DNA from: a virus
Lineage: Duplodnaviria; Caudoviricetes
Length of the DNA stretch: 36,733 bases
Strand: one strand, 5' to 3'
Virus record (IMG/VR): IMGVR_UViG_3300028585_000520
Location: 1-36,733 of that record
The position numbers and the translations under genes are program-made. Of this stretch, positions 26,710 to 35,680 are shown one piece after another (the first letter of the stretch is position 1; the number at the start of each line of letters is the position of its first letter). The notes under the pieces were generated by a model. That model ran no database searches. It worked only from the letters and a program-made list of their open reading frames with translations, and was not told the origin of the DNA.

Positions 26710-26792
26710 TATATTTGTTACGTCAATAATGTTTTTCATTGAGCATTGTTGGTATTTGTTAGCCTCTCCTGTGGTGGGAGAGGCATTTTTTT
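26710..26792 (+). ncRNA. Candidate ~70-nt small RNA (promoter box to terminator)
   Basis: TATATTTG 26710-17, then a GCCTCTCC/GGAGAGGC stem plus T7 ending at 26792; the U-tract is on + only. Confidence 0.4.
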
Positions 26793-27090
26793 ATTTAGCT
26801 TCGATTTGCTTCACCTCTAAATCTTCATTAAATTTAGAGTTAGCTAATGAACAGATATCTTTTGCCCAATCTTGATTGTCGAATAAAAGCATCATTGCTT
26901 TTTTAGGTTTGTGTTTAACAGTCGAAACAAATACACTTTCTACTCCTTTATTAGGAAACCAGAATAGTGCTCTTGATTTTTCAACTCCGATTTTATCAGG
27001 TATTAGGTCGGTTACTATCGTGTCTGGCGATACACATGCATATACGGATTTTTGAATTCCTTCCATGATTAAAAATTTTGTAGTGGGCAA
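26791..27090 (-). CDS. Hypothetical protein
   Basis: 99-aa ORF in the early operon; start uncertain. Confidence 0.55.
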   Translation of the reverse strand: MPTTKFLIMEGIQKSVYACVSPDTIVTDLIPDKIGVEKSRALFWFPNKGVESVFVSTVKHKPKKAMMLLFDNQDWAKDICSLANSKFNEDLEVKQIEAK

Positions 27091-27269
27091 TCTATGTGAA
27101 CTTTATCGTAAAGTTGTGGGGTATCCATTTTGTCGCAGAATTCAATTTCTTTATTGTGTTGCAGCGCACATTTAGCTAGTTCGCCTACAGATCCATTCCT
27201 GTAAACATTATTTTCGGCATGGTAGTAGGGACAACCTACACAATTATTAATCATTATCATTTTAGCCAT
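27069..27269 (-). CDS. Small Cys-rich hypothetical protein
   Basis: CVGCPYY...C...IDCPL pattern. Confidence 0.6.
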   Translation of the reverse strand: MAKMIMINNCVGCPYYHAENNVYRNGSVGELAKCALQHNKEIEFCDKMDTPQLYDKVHIDCPLQNF

Positions 27270-27279
27270 AATTCAGTTG

Positions 27280-28656
27280 TTAGGCTGCATGTTGTTCTTG
27301 CAGCAGGTTATCAAATTCTTTAAGTGGATGCTCTTCAGCTTTGCGTAATTGCTTTGTTACCTTACGGATTTGGTGCATGTTCTTTTCCACTAATGCAACT
27401 ATCCTATCATGATATTCAGTATTATTATTATTTAAACCCCGGGATTGATTTATCCTGAATTTATCAATATCGACCTCTACTGTCTCAGTGCGGATGCCAT
27501 TAATCTGAGCAGATAGAATTAAGCTATGGGCCTTACTATAGTATCGATTGGTATGCACACAATGCTTATGGGCATCAGCTTCTTCTTTGAATTCATCAAG
27601 ACTTTTCAGAACATAGATTTTTAAATCCTCATCGGTGAATAGCAAATCAAAGTAGGCTTCTTTATCCTGGACATACTTAAGCTTATCCTTTTCATATTTT
27701 TCTACACGATAGGCAGCATCCTTTAATCTTTGTTCCTCTCGTTGTATTGCACGTTCTGCTTCAATGCGGGCATCTATAATTCTTTTTCTTGCTACTAATT
27801 CATTGTGCTTTTTATGGATATCCTTACCGCAAATATTTTCTGCCTTTAGCGTATCGATATGGAAGTAGTCACATAATGCCAGGTAATCAAACCAGCTGGT
27901 AGCATCCTTTACAATAAATTTATTGCGCATGCATATCTTGATAGACTTCCAATACCTGTCAATCTTGTTGCCGCGGGTGTGGCGGTGCTCCAGAAGACTA
28001 TATTGTTTAGCTTTCAATAGGGTTTCTGTTTTAGGATCATTAAGCAATCCTTTGAACATATCATAAGGGGTTACACCGTGAAATTTGCCTTTAAAGCCAT
28101 TACGCCTATAGATTGGTAGAAACTTCATTTCCGGATAGGTGTGGATAGCATACAAGTTATATTCGTGCATAGTGCGCCTGTCTCGGATTTGTGCATCATA
28201 ACCAAAGTTGCCCGACCATCCATTGCGTAAGCAGGCCACCACTTCATCTTTTTCATTAGGCCTCAACCAATGTGTTACAACTTCTTTTATATACTCACGC
28301 GGTTCTTTCCCGACGGTGTAATACTTATAAATTTCAAAGAATCTATTAACCTGAAATTCCTCAACAACATCTATGATAGCAAAGAAAGTGTGCTCGGTAT
28401 GGTTAGTTTTCCTGGTGTTTTCAACTTTAAGCATGGTGAGACACTTGGGGCATTCAATTTCTATAAGCGATATTAATTCACACTCTTCATGCCATACATG
28501 GCCACAATCAAGGCAACCCGTACGCCCGCTCTTTAATCTGAAGGCTTTATGCGGTAGACAATCTTTAAAGGCCCAGCGGTGTTGTTTTGTTGTTAAATTC
28601 GGAAGTTTAGCTTGTAAACCTGCAATGCGCACTTGAATTTTGGTTCTTGGTCTCAT
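27280..28656 (-). CDS. PcfJ-like protein
   Basis: CLDCGH/CPKC zinc ribbon; C-terminal EEADAHKHCV...ETVEV...QSRGLNN; follows PcfK-like gene. Confidence 0.85.
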   Translation of the reverse strand: MRPRTKIQVRIAGLQAKLPNLTTKQHRWAFKDCLPHKAFRLKSGRTGCLDCGHVWHEECELISLIEIECPKCLTMLKVENTRKTNHTEHTFFAIIDVVEEFQVNRFFEIYKYYTVGKEPREYIKEVVTHWLRPNEKDEVVACLRNGWSGNFGYDAQIRDRRTMHEYNLYAIHTYPEMKFLPIYRRNGFKGKFHGVTPYDMFKGLLNDPKTETLLKAKQYSLLEHRHTRGNKIDRYWKSIKICMRNKFIVKDATSWFDYLALCDYFHIDTLKAENICGKDIHKKHNELVARKRIIDARIEAERAIQREEQRLKDAAYRVEKYEKDKLKYVQDKEAYFDLLFTDEDLKIYVLKSLDEFKEEADAHKHCVHTNRYYSKAHSLILSAQINGIRTETVEVDIDKFRINQSRGLNNNNTEYHDRIVALVEKNMHQIRKVTKQLRKAEEHPLKEFDNLLQEQHAA

Positions 28657-29165
28657 TACTCATCAAATAAAGATTGAACTTCAGTAACATCAGATTTTTT
28701 CTTTACCACCTTTTTAATGCTCTTTTCCTTTTGTTGGTTGACAGCATCATTGAAAGCTTTTTGCCTGGCCTGCTCATCAACCACTTCCAAATCTTCAGGT
28801 GTAAGTTCAACGGCACCGGCATATTCGTTAACGGCCTTTGTAATGGCTTCCTGCCTGGCTTTCTCTTTAGCCTGCTCTATTTCTTCAGGTGTGAGTTCAA
28901 CCGTTTGGTTAATTACAACTTTAGCATTAACAGGCTTGCCAACCTCAATTTTATCTTCATCATAGTAGTGCATGGCCATGCCGAATATTTCATCATCTGA
29001 GAAGCCATTGCATCCACTTTTTTGAACACTGTTGAGTATGTATGTGATGCAGCTGTCAATGTTTTTGCCTTCTTTTTGATAGGTTACAGCAAAGAGGGGA
29101 TCCTTTGCTGCAACATTGTCTAAATGGTCTTTAATAACCTTCTTGAAATTTTCAGTTGTTTTCAT
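28656..29165 (-). CDS. PcfK-like protein (family includes AcrIIA9)
   Basis: KNIDSCITYILNSVQKSGCNGFSDDEIFGMAMHYYDED signature. Confidence 0.85.
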   Translation of the reverse strand: MKTTENFKKVIKDHLDNVAAKDPLFAVTYQKEGKNIDSCITYILNSVQKSGCNGFSDDEIFGMAMHYYDEDKIEVGKPVNAKVVINQTVELTPEEIEQAKEKARQEAITKAVNEYAGAVELTPEDLEVVDEQARQKAFNDAVNQQKEKSIKKVVKKKSDVTEVQSLFDE

Positions 29166-30265
29166 TATGCTTTAGGTGTTTGGTTTTCATTAGGCCTCAT
29201 TGCAGCAACCAGGAAGCGCATACTGCCTTGAGTGATTAAACATGGTTTTGCTGCTAGTGACAACTCCATTGTAGTATCGCCATGGGTAAAATTTAGGATG
29301 CTGATAATTTGATTTGCAGGGAACCCGGTTATTAGTTCTTCACCTGAATAATCAATCTGAAGTGTTTCAACAGCATTGTATTGTTTGAAATCGTTGGCAT
29401 ATTCCAGAATAAGGCCATCTTCTTTAAAAGAAAACTTTACAATCGTTTGGTCTTTATCGGTAATGTTTGCAAGCCTTTTAAGTGGCGGTAGCAATGTATC
29501 TTTTTCAATTTTATAGGTTTTATCATTAACCATCTTATCAAAGAGCGATATATAATTTGGATATGGCGCACTTGGTTTTATTGCTGTTATTAACCTATTT
29601 TCTAAAGTAAAAAACACTTTATTGTCTATATAAGATATTGCCATAGTTTCTTCAATAGATACCGAATTAACCAGATAAGCAACGGTGCTTTTAGATAGTG
29701 GTATTTTTGCAGGTGCTGCGCCGATGGGTAGTACTTCTTCATAGAAAGCTTTTCCTGTTCCTCCGGCAATACGGGTTTCTTTTTCATCAATAGTTATTAG
29801 CACAGTAGAATCCCATGCTGTTAAATCATTGCCTAAGAAAACCAGAGCTTTTTTAAGGCCTTCAACCAGTTCCAATGAGTTTATAACTATAGCCTCAGCA
29901 GCATCTTCATGTTTGTTTTTAGGAAAGTCAATTGCATTTTCCAAAGGGATTTTGTATTTACCTCCAGCTGATATTAGTAAAACTTCCTTATCACTAAATT
30001 CAAATTCAACTGGACCATCAGGGAAACCTTTAAGCATATTAACCAATAGGGCATAGGGTATGCATGTGAAGTAATTGCCGAAGAACTCAACGGGCATTTG
30101 ATATTTGGAGCGCACCTCGAGGTTATCTGCTTCAAGGTATAATACACCCTCCTCAATGTTGAACAATACGCAATCTAATATTGGGACAATTGATTGTGAT
30201 TTAATCAAGTTGCCTACCAACTGAACTGCTTTTAAAATTTCTTTACTGTTTACTGTTAATTTCAT
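29165..30265 (-). CDS. dnaN: Phage-encoded DNA polymerase III beta sliding clamp homolog
   Basis: 366 aa; PILDCVLF, ADNLE, DFP, YPNY, and C-terminal KPCLI...AMR clamp pattern. Confidence 0.85.
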   Translation of the reverse strand: MKLTVNSKEILKAVQLVGNLIKSQSIVPILDCVLFNIEEGVLYLEADNLEVRSKYQMPVEFFGNYFTCIPYALLVNMLKGFPDGPVEFEFSDKEVLLISAGGKYKIPLENAIDFPKNKHEDAAEAIVINSLELVEGLKKALVFLGNDLTAWDSTVLITIDEKETRIAGGTGKAFYEEVLPIGAAPAKIPLSKSTVAYLVNSVSIEETMAISYIDNKVFFTLENRLITAIKPSAPYPNYISLFDKMVNDKTYKIEKDTLLPPLKRLANITDKDQTIVKFSFKEDGLILEYANDFKQYNAVETLQIDYSGEELITGFPANQIISILNFTHGDTTMELSLAAKPCLITQGSMRFLVAAMRPNENQTPKA

Positions 30266-30268
30266 AAT

Positions 30269-31111
30269 TTATAGATTTTCGATTAAAGATTTAAAGCTTT
30301 CAAAGTCTGGATGCTTTTTAATAAAGCTGCTTACTACGATGCTTTTGCAACGATTTTGAACAACAACCGGCTTAGAACCGTTTTTAAGTTTTTCGTGGAA
30401 TTGTTTAATTAGGTCGAGGTGATATTGTTTGTTGCCGGCTGTTTCTAATTCTGCCTGTAATTCAAGGTGGTATTTGTTTGACTGAATTTTAAAAAGGCGC
30501 TTCTTTACAGGGATGCTTATCGTTAGCAATGGTTCGAGCTCTTCATATAGCAGCCACGCATCAGAACTGTATCTGCTTGCTTTTACATCACTAAAAACAG
30601 TTTGCAAAAACCGAAGCCGAATATTTTGCTTTTGCTCTTCACTAGGCTCCATCGGCATTGCTAAGGCCTTCAATTTATCTTTGGCTAATTGGTATACACT
30701 ATCACCATGTTTGTATTTTAAATAGGCATCAAGCACTTTACCGGTGGTGTTATTACTAAGCTCTGGTAACATTTCAAAACCGTTTCCCTTGCTGTCTACT
30801 AACTCACGGGCTAATGCCATTTGAAAAGCAAGATAAATTTCACCCGGCGCCAGCTTATTAAATTTTGATGATGTTAGAAATAACAACCAGTCCTGGGCCA
30901 TGTCTTTATTTTTATCTCTAACCTGCAGCAATCGAAAAAGGTCATCGGTAAGTTTTGCTTTTGTGTCCAGGCTACTGGTTTTAATATTCGCCTGGGATAT
31001 TTCCATTTTCAAAATCTTCGGTAAGATCTCGTACGAGCTTTTCGGTATTGACACTTGCAGGCTTGTAACCGTTATTTGAATTTGATCCTGCGTTATTAAT
31101 TGGTTTTCCAT
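30269..31111 (-). CDS. Hypothetical replication accessory protein (possible helicase loader)
   Basis: Follows and overlaps the initiator; position only. Confidence 0.5.
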   Translation of the reverse strand: MENQLITQDQIQITVTSLQVSIPKSSYEILPKILKMEISQANIKTSSLDTKAKLTDDLFRLLQVRDKNKDMAQDWLLFLTSSKFNKLAPGEIYLAFQMALARELVDSKGNGFEMLPELSNNTTGKVLDAYLKYKHGDSVYQLAKDKLKALAMPMEPSEEQKQNIRLRFLQTVFSDVKASRYSSDAWLLYEELEPLLTISIPVKKRLFKIQSNKYHLELQAELETAGNKQYHLDLIKQFHEKLKNGSKPVVVQNRCKSIVVSSFIKKHPDFESFKSLIENL

Positions 31112-31739
31112 TTTTTTCAATATTTCGAGATTCCCATCCTGCTACCGCTTTTTTCCAATCTTTCATTTTATTTTTACCGACATACCAGTTTTTGCTTTCA
31201 TAAAAATTCCAGAACGAATCAGCACTTATTGTTAAATACTTTTTTTCTAAAATGTAACTGGCTACTTCAGAAAGAGAGGGCGGTGTAAACCGACTTACTA
31301 CCTTCTTTGTTAATTGTTCATTGTTAGTTGTTACTTGTTCTATTATACTATCAAATGATTTGTCAGGTGTCTCAGCAGTTGTATTATCAAGTGTTTCGGC
31401 ACTTGCTTTAATAAGTGCTTTATCAAGTGTCTTATCAGTTGCTTTGTCACTTTTTGCTAGGGCAATCACACGACTTTGAAACTGATTTTTACTGCTTGCT
31501 ACCTCTTTTACAAACCCGAAAGCAATTAGTGAGTCCAGTGCTTTTTTATAGGTAGAGTAGGAGCCTATGCCTAATGCATTCATACTTGCATCCGTTGGTA
31601 AGCCAAACTCTCTAGGTTGCCCCAAGCGGTTCCATAGGTCCACGATAAAGAGATATAATTCTGAATGGGCAGACTTGACTTCATTTTTCTTACCATACCG
31701 GAAATTGTACCAGGCTCTTGTGAGTTCATATCCATTCAT
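30981..31739 (-). CDS. Replication initiator (lambda O-like architecture)
   Basis: N-terminal winged-helix-like region, repetitive linker, C-terminal FTPPSLSEV...FWNFYESKNW...MKDWKKAV domain. Confidence 0.75.
   Translation of the reverse strand: MNGYELTRAWYNFRYGKKNEVKSAHSELYLFIVDLWNRLGQPREFGLPTDASMNALGIGSYSTYKKALDSLIAFGFVKEVASSKNQFQSRVIALAKSDKATDKTLDKALIKASAETLDNTTAETPDKSFDSIIEQVTTNNEQLTKKVVSRFTPPSLSEVASYILEKKYLTISADSFWNFYESKNWYVGKNKMKDWKKAVAGWESRNIEKNGKPINNAGSNSNNGYKPASVNTEKLVRDLTEDFENGNIPGEY
31307..31456. repeat. Iteron array and AT-rich heptamer array, probable origin of replication
   Basis: Five 7-bp TTGTT(A/C)N units at 31307-41; nine degenerate 12-bp units (e.g. TATCAAGTGTTT, TATCAAGTGTCT, TATCAGTTGCTT) at 31349-456. 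Confidence 0.7.
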
Positions 31740-31748
31740 GTTTCTTTG

Positions 31749-33470
31749 TTATTTTATGCCTAATGAATTCATTACCTTATCAATGAACTCGGTGGCCATC
31801 TCATCGGTTGAGCCTGTAATCGCATTCGATGTTCCAGCCTTCGATTTAATAAGTTCAAAATTCTGTTCATCAATTGTTTCATGACCTAAGAAGTATGTGC
31901 ATGTGATGTGGCCATTCTTCTTAGCATCAAATACCCTATCCTCACATTGAAAGCAATCGGCAGCGGTCCAAGGATATTCAACAAATCCAGTTTCATGCGC
32001 TGCACTAAAGTTGTGACCTACACCAGCGGCTTGAATATTACATATCATGAGATTGTAGTTATTGATAACATACTCATGGTCCAGGCCTTGGTGGTGTTCG
32101 AACTTTGTGCCGCATTTGGCACATGCTTGAAACTTGGTTTTTGCATCCTCTTTCTGGATATCGTTTTCACGACCGGTAATAGATAAGGCTTGCGGAAAAT
32201 GTTCCTTTAATTGGTCGACGATGGTATGCAGCACACAGAATATTACAATCTTTCCACCATTGTCAATGATGCTTTGGATGTACTCTTTAACCTCATTAAG
32301 CTTGCCTAATGCAGAAATCTTTTTCAAAGCCTGCATCTTAACCATTATTTCACCCCGTAGCTTACGGGCGATATCTTCATCAGTACAACCCTGCTCTTCC
32401 ATCCATCTGACAAAATCGTTTTTAGCTCTATTGTATTCATCCCTGGTTGTAATAGTGCATAAAATCGTTTGCCTTTGCTTAGGAGGTAAGTTTTCTAACA
32501 CCTCAGATCTTTCGCGCCTGAAGAAACACTTATTGTATAACTTCCAGTTCAATTCCTTTAGGTTGCTGGAACCGTTGCCACCCTCACAATACCGTTGTTT
32601 GAACACTTCAGCACCACCAAAATCATTAAGCCGTTTCATAATTGCCAACTGTGAAAACAGGTCAATTGGTTTATTTTTAATTGGCGTTCCTGAAAGCAGA
32701 ATAACCCATTGTTTACCGATGGCTATTTGTAGAGCAATCTTTGTCTGTTGTGTTGTAGCATCCTTAAACCTATGAGACTCATCGATTACAATTGATTTAA
32801 TCAACTTTACCCGGTCATTCATTACAATGTCCTTAGAGCTCTTTAATTTTCCTTTAGGGGGCATATAATCAACAAAAAACTTTTTAAGGCTTTGCGGATT
32901 AACAATGAATATATCAGCCATTCCCAATTCGTAAAGCCGGTGCCAATTATCTTTGATTTTATCATCAAGTATCATTGCTTTTTTACCGACCCACATACCC
33001 CATTCGTCCTGCCAGTTTAATTTCAAAGAAGACGGTGCAATTACTAAGCATGGGAATACATCTTCATTTTTGACCTCTTTAGCAATCATAAGCGTTACGA
33101 TTGTCTGCAGGGTTTTACCTAAGCGCTGCTCATCGCCATTTATAAATCTTTTGAGCTCTAATCCCCGGGCAACACCTTTAGCTTGGTACGGTCTTAACTC
33201 ACCTTTTTTTAGTTTATAATCGTAAGCTAAATCCGGTAAGGTTGGTATTTCTCCAATCACTTCAGGCGTCTGAGGCCCAACCCAAATAGCTTTACAATCA
33301 TCTTTTATTTGCTCCAGCTGTACACGGTATCGATAAGGAACAACCCACAAGAGTCTAATGTTGCAAAATCGCGAACCGTCAAGCTTTTTAATCTTATTTG
33401 TATTCCTGGTCCTAAACCTGTCATAGTTTATTTTAACATGAAATTCTGTAGGCTGTTCTATTATCTCCAT
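31749..33470 (-). CDS. SNF2-family helicase
   Basis: DEQRLGKT, DESH, LSGTP, GVGHNF, QCEDR motifs. Confidence 0.9.
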   Translation of the reverse strand: MEIIEQPTEFHVKINYDRFRTRNTNKIKKLDGSRFCNIRLLWVVPYRYRVQLEQIKDDCKAIWVGPQTPEVIGEIPTLPDLAYDYKLKKGELRPYQAKGVARGLELKRFINGDEQRLGKTLQTIVTLMIAKEVKNEDVFPCLVIAPSSLKLNWQDEWGMWVGKKAMILDDKIKDNWHRLYELGMADIFIVNPQSLKKFFVDYMPPKGKLKSSKDIVMNDRVKLIKSIVIDESHRFKDATTQQTKIALQIAIGKQWVILLSGTPIKNKPIDLFSQLAIMKRLNDFGGAEVFKQRYCEGGNGSSNLKELNWKLYNKCFFRRERSEVLENLPPKQRQTILCTITTRDEYNRAKNDFVRWMEEQGCTDEDIARKLRGEIMVKMQALKKISALGKLNEVKEYIQSIIDNGGKIVIFCVLHTIVDQLKEHFPQALSITGRENDIQKEDAKTKFQACAKCGTKFEHHQGLDHEYVINNYNLMICNIQAAGVGHNFSAAHETGFVEYPWTAADCFQCEDRVFDAKKNGHITCTYFLGHETIDEQNFELIKSKAGTSNAITGSTDEMATEFIDKVMNSLGIK

Positions 33471-33482
33471 AATTCAAATCAA

Positions 33483-34034
33483 TTAAATACCATCATCATC
33501 CGGATCTTCTTCTCCTTCAAACAATCCAACAATGCTATCATTCGTTTCAGCTTGTTTGCCCTGCATATATTCGAATACCTCACTTCGCGCATGGCTTACC
33601 GAGTTGGCCAGCTGAATTGCGAATGCATAATCGCTGTCGAACTTTATTAATGGAGTAGAGAACCCAACAGCTTCACCTTTCTCTAAATACTTGAGTCCGG
33701 ATAAAATCACAGCTTCACCATCTTTTCTCTTTCCCATTTCGAAGCTATCGACCCTGTATTTCAGGAATGGCTTTTTCTCGTCTTCATCATCAGATTTGAC
33801 CAAATGCAATTCAGGGTTTTCGATGGCATTTTTTACAAGCTGCTCATCGGTAATCTCTTCACACACGTGTGCGAAAAATGGAATAAGATTTCTAAATGCG
33901 AGCCTTAGATCATCGTGTACCACAGCATCGGATGACGTTGAATTAGTATTGACGGCATTATTGACATTTACATCATACTTGTATGACAAAAAGAAACCGC
34001 CTCGTAGTGTTGCTTGTTTTACGTTTACACTCAT
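33483..34034 (-). CDS. Hypothetical phage protein
   Basis: 183-aa ORF with acidic C-tail in the early operon. Confidence 0.7.
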   Translation of the reverse strand: MSVNVKQATLRGGFFLSYKYDVNVNNAVNTNSTSSDAVVHDDLRLAFRNLIPFFAHVCEEITDEQLVKNAIENPELHLVKSDDEDEKKPFLKYRVDSFEMGKRKDGEAVILSGLKYLEKGEAVGFSTPLIKFDSDYAFAIQLANSVSHARSEVFEYMQGKQAETNDSIVGLFEGEEDPDDDGI

Positions 34035-34038
34035 AGAT

Positions 34039-34308
34039 TTAATTATTTACTGATTTAATTGTTATTGCTACTATGTTGTTGTAATGCTGGCCAGCTTTAG
34101 AATATTTGCCCTCAAGAGTGGCTTCAATTTCAACCCGGTCATCTTCCTTTAATCCAGATAGCTTTTGGAGTACCTCTTTGCTCCTGAATTCGACAAAGCA
34201 TTTCTGCCTTTCAGGGAGTTTAAGAGTAACCAGCTTTTTATTGAAGCCATCCGGAGATAGCTTGTCTTTAATTTCATGGATAAATCCAGCGTATTTTGTA
34301 GTGTGCAT
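34039..34308 (-). CDS. Putative OB-fold ssDNA-binding protein (DUF3127-like)
   Basis: GFIHEI...GFNKK...VEF...DRVEIEATLEGK...YNNIVA pattern. Confidence 0.6.
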   Translation of the reverse strand: MHTTKYAGFIHEIKDKLSPDGFNKKLVTLKLPERQKCFVEFRSKEVLQKLSGLKEDDRVEIEATLEGKYSKAGQHYNNIVAITIKSVNN

Positions 34309-34322
34309 AGGACTATTGTTAA

Positions 34323-34763
34323 TTATAAAAATTGCTTGTAGTTTTCAATTTGGTGTTCAATCTCATTTAAGTGAACCATATCTCCAGGTTCAGGGATATA
34401 CAGGCCCAGTTCTTTGGAAGCGTGATTTCTAAACCGATCTATAGCAATTGTCATTTGCTTGGTATCTAAATCTTTTGTGCTTTTCCAATCAACTCGCATT
34501 TCGCCTGTCATTCTATTTACATACTCTGTTTCGAATAGATCCCGATTAATTTGCCGTTTGAAAATATGTTGCTTGACATATTCCGCAGTCTCACCCTGGT
34601 CTAAGGCATACCATGAAAATATGAGGTGCATATAATTGTTTTGGCTTAACGAGCGTCGTTCTCTCTTTTCAGTTAGTTCGAAAATCTTACCTTTCTTAAG
34701 GAAGTAATTGATACGCTCTACAGCTCGTTTCCTGTCCAGATCTATTTTACTATCGTATATCAT
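34323..34763 (-). CDS. NinB/Orf-like recombination protein
   Basis: RSLSQNNYMH and STKDLDTKQM motifs. Confidence 0.7.
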   Translation of the reverse strand: MIYDSKIDLDRKRAVERINYFLKKGKIFELTEKRERRSLSQNNYMHLIFSWYALDQGETAEYVKQHIFKRQINRDLFETEYVNRMTGEMRVDWKSTKDLDTKQMTIAIDRFRNHASKELGLYIPEPGDMVHLNEIEHQIENYKQFL

Positions 34764-35172
34764 TCTTTAGCTTTTTATAGTACTGTTCAGCCCACTTTTC
34801 AACCTTAATGCATGTTTTTTTTTGAAACATCCCCATGTGAGTGTACTTGTCCGGGATGTTTAGAAATTCTGCCAACTCTTCATAAAGTTCAGTTCGATCT
34901 TTAAACTTCTCCCTCCAAATCTTATCAAACCAGTGATGTGCCCGACCTTTATGATATCTCAATTTTTTATCTCCTAATCTCCCCAATGGCTCACCATCTT
35001 CATGAGTACCGACATAAGAGTCGCAATTTGGAAAATTGGCACATGCAATAATTGCCCTTGACCGATAGACACGCCTATAGATCTCGAATTCCGTTGTGAT
35101 GCGGGTTTCTGATTTACAGTAGGGACATATTTTTGCATTAAGTACATCTTGTTGGTAAGTGGTCAGTTCCAT
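34750..35172 (-). CDS. Zinc-finger protein (DUF3268-like)
   Basis: CPYC...C..CDSYVGTH...PLGRL...AHHWFDKIW...HMGMF. Confidence 0.75.
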   Translation of the reverse strand: MELTTYQQDVLNAKICPYCKSETRITTEFEIYRRVYRSRAIIACANFPNCDSYVGTHEDGEPLGRLGDKKLRYHKGRAHHWFDKIWREKFKDRTELYEELAEFLNIPDKYTHMGMFQKKTCIKVEKWAEQYYKKLKNDIR

Positions 35173-35678
35173 TATTTTTTTGGCCTTGGTTGCCTAATTT
35201 CTTTGACGGTTACAAAGGATTTACCATAACTAATATCAGGGAAAGGCAATACTTGGCCATCTTCATCAATCCACCCCAGCGGGCTTTCAGGGTCATTTTC
35301 ATCAAGCTTTGAGGTTTGAATAATGCCTTTTTGCAAACCCTCAAATGCTGCACTGTACCGTTTTTCTACATACTTTTTGTGCTTTTCGGCTTCGTCGAAT
35401 TCTTCAATACCCTTGTAACTATAGGTTTTACGACCAGCAGAAACACTTATGTCATGCCCTTGGTAACCTTTAGGGTATTTACTGGCTTCGTTACCGATCT
35501 CAGTTACCTTGTCAGTTTCAAAGCTTTTAATGATTTCGAGAGAGTCTTCCAAATCAGCGCGGTTCTTACGCAATTTTAAAAGCCCATCTAAATAACCAAG
35601 TTCACCTTCTTCTACTTGGTGGATAGTCTGCATCAATTCGTCTTGAATTTTGATGTGATATTCGCTGCTTGCTCCCAT
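35172..35678 (-). CDS. Hypothetical phage protein
   Basis: 168-aa ORF coupled to the SSAP gene. Confidence 0.7.
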   Translation of the reverse strand: MGASSEYHIKIQDELMQTIHQVEEGELGYLDGLLKLRKNRADLEDSLEIIKSFETDKVTEIGNEASKYPKGYQGHDISVSAGRKTYSYKGIEEFDEAEKHKKYVEKRYSAAFEGLQKGIIQTSKLDENDPESPLGWIDEDGQVLPFPDISYGKSFVTVKEIRQPRPKK

Positions 35679-35680
35679 AA

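Noticed and set aside
26678-26875. 65-aa + strand ORF
   Set aside because: Starts upstream of the -7 box, runs through a strong terminator and overlaps a minus-strand gene
31307-31456. CRISPR array
   Set aside because: Short tandem degenerate units without unique spacers; no cas genes
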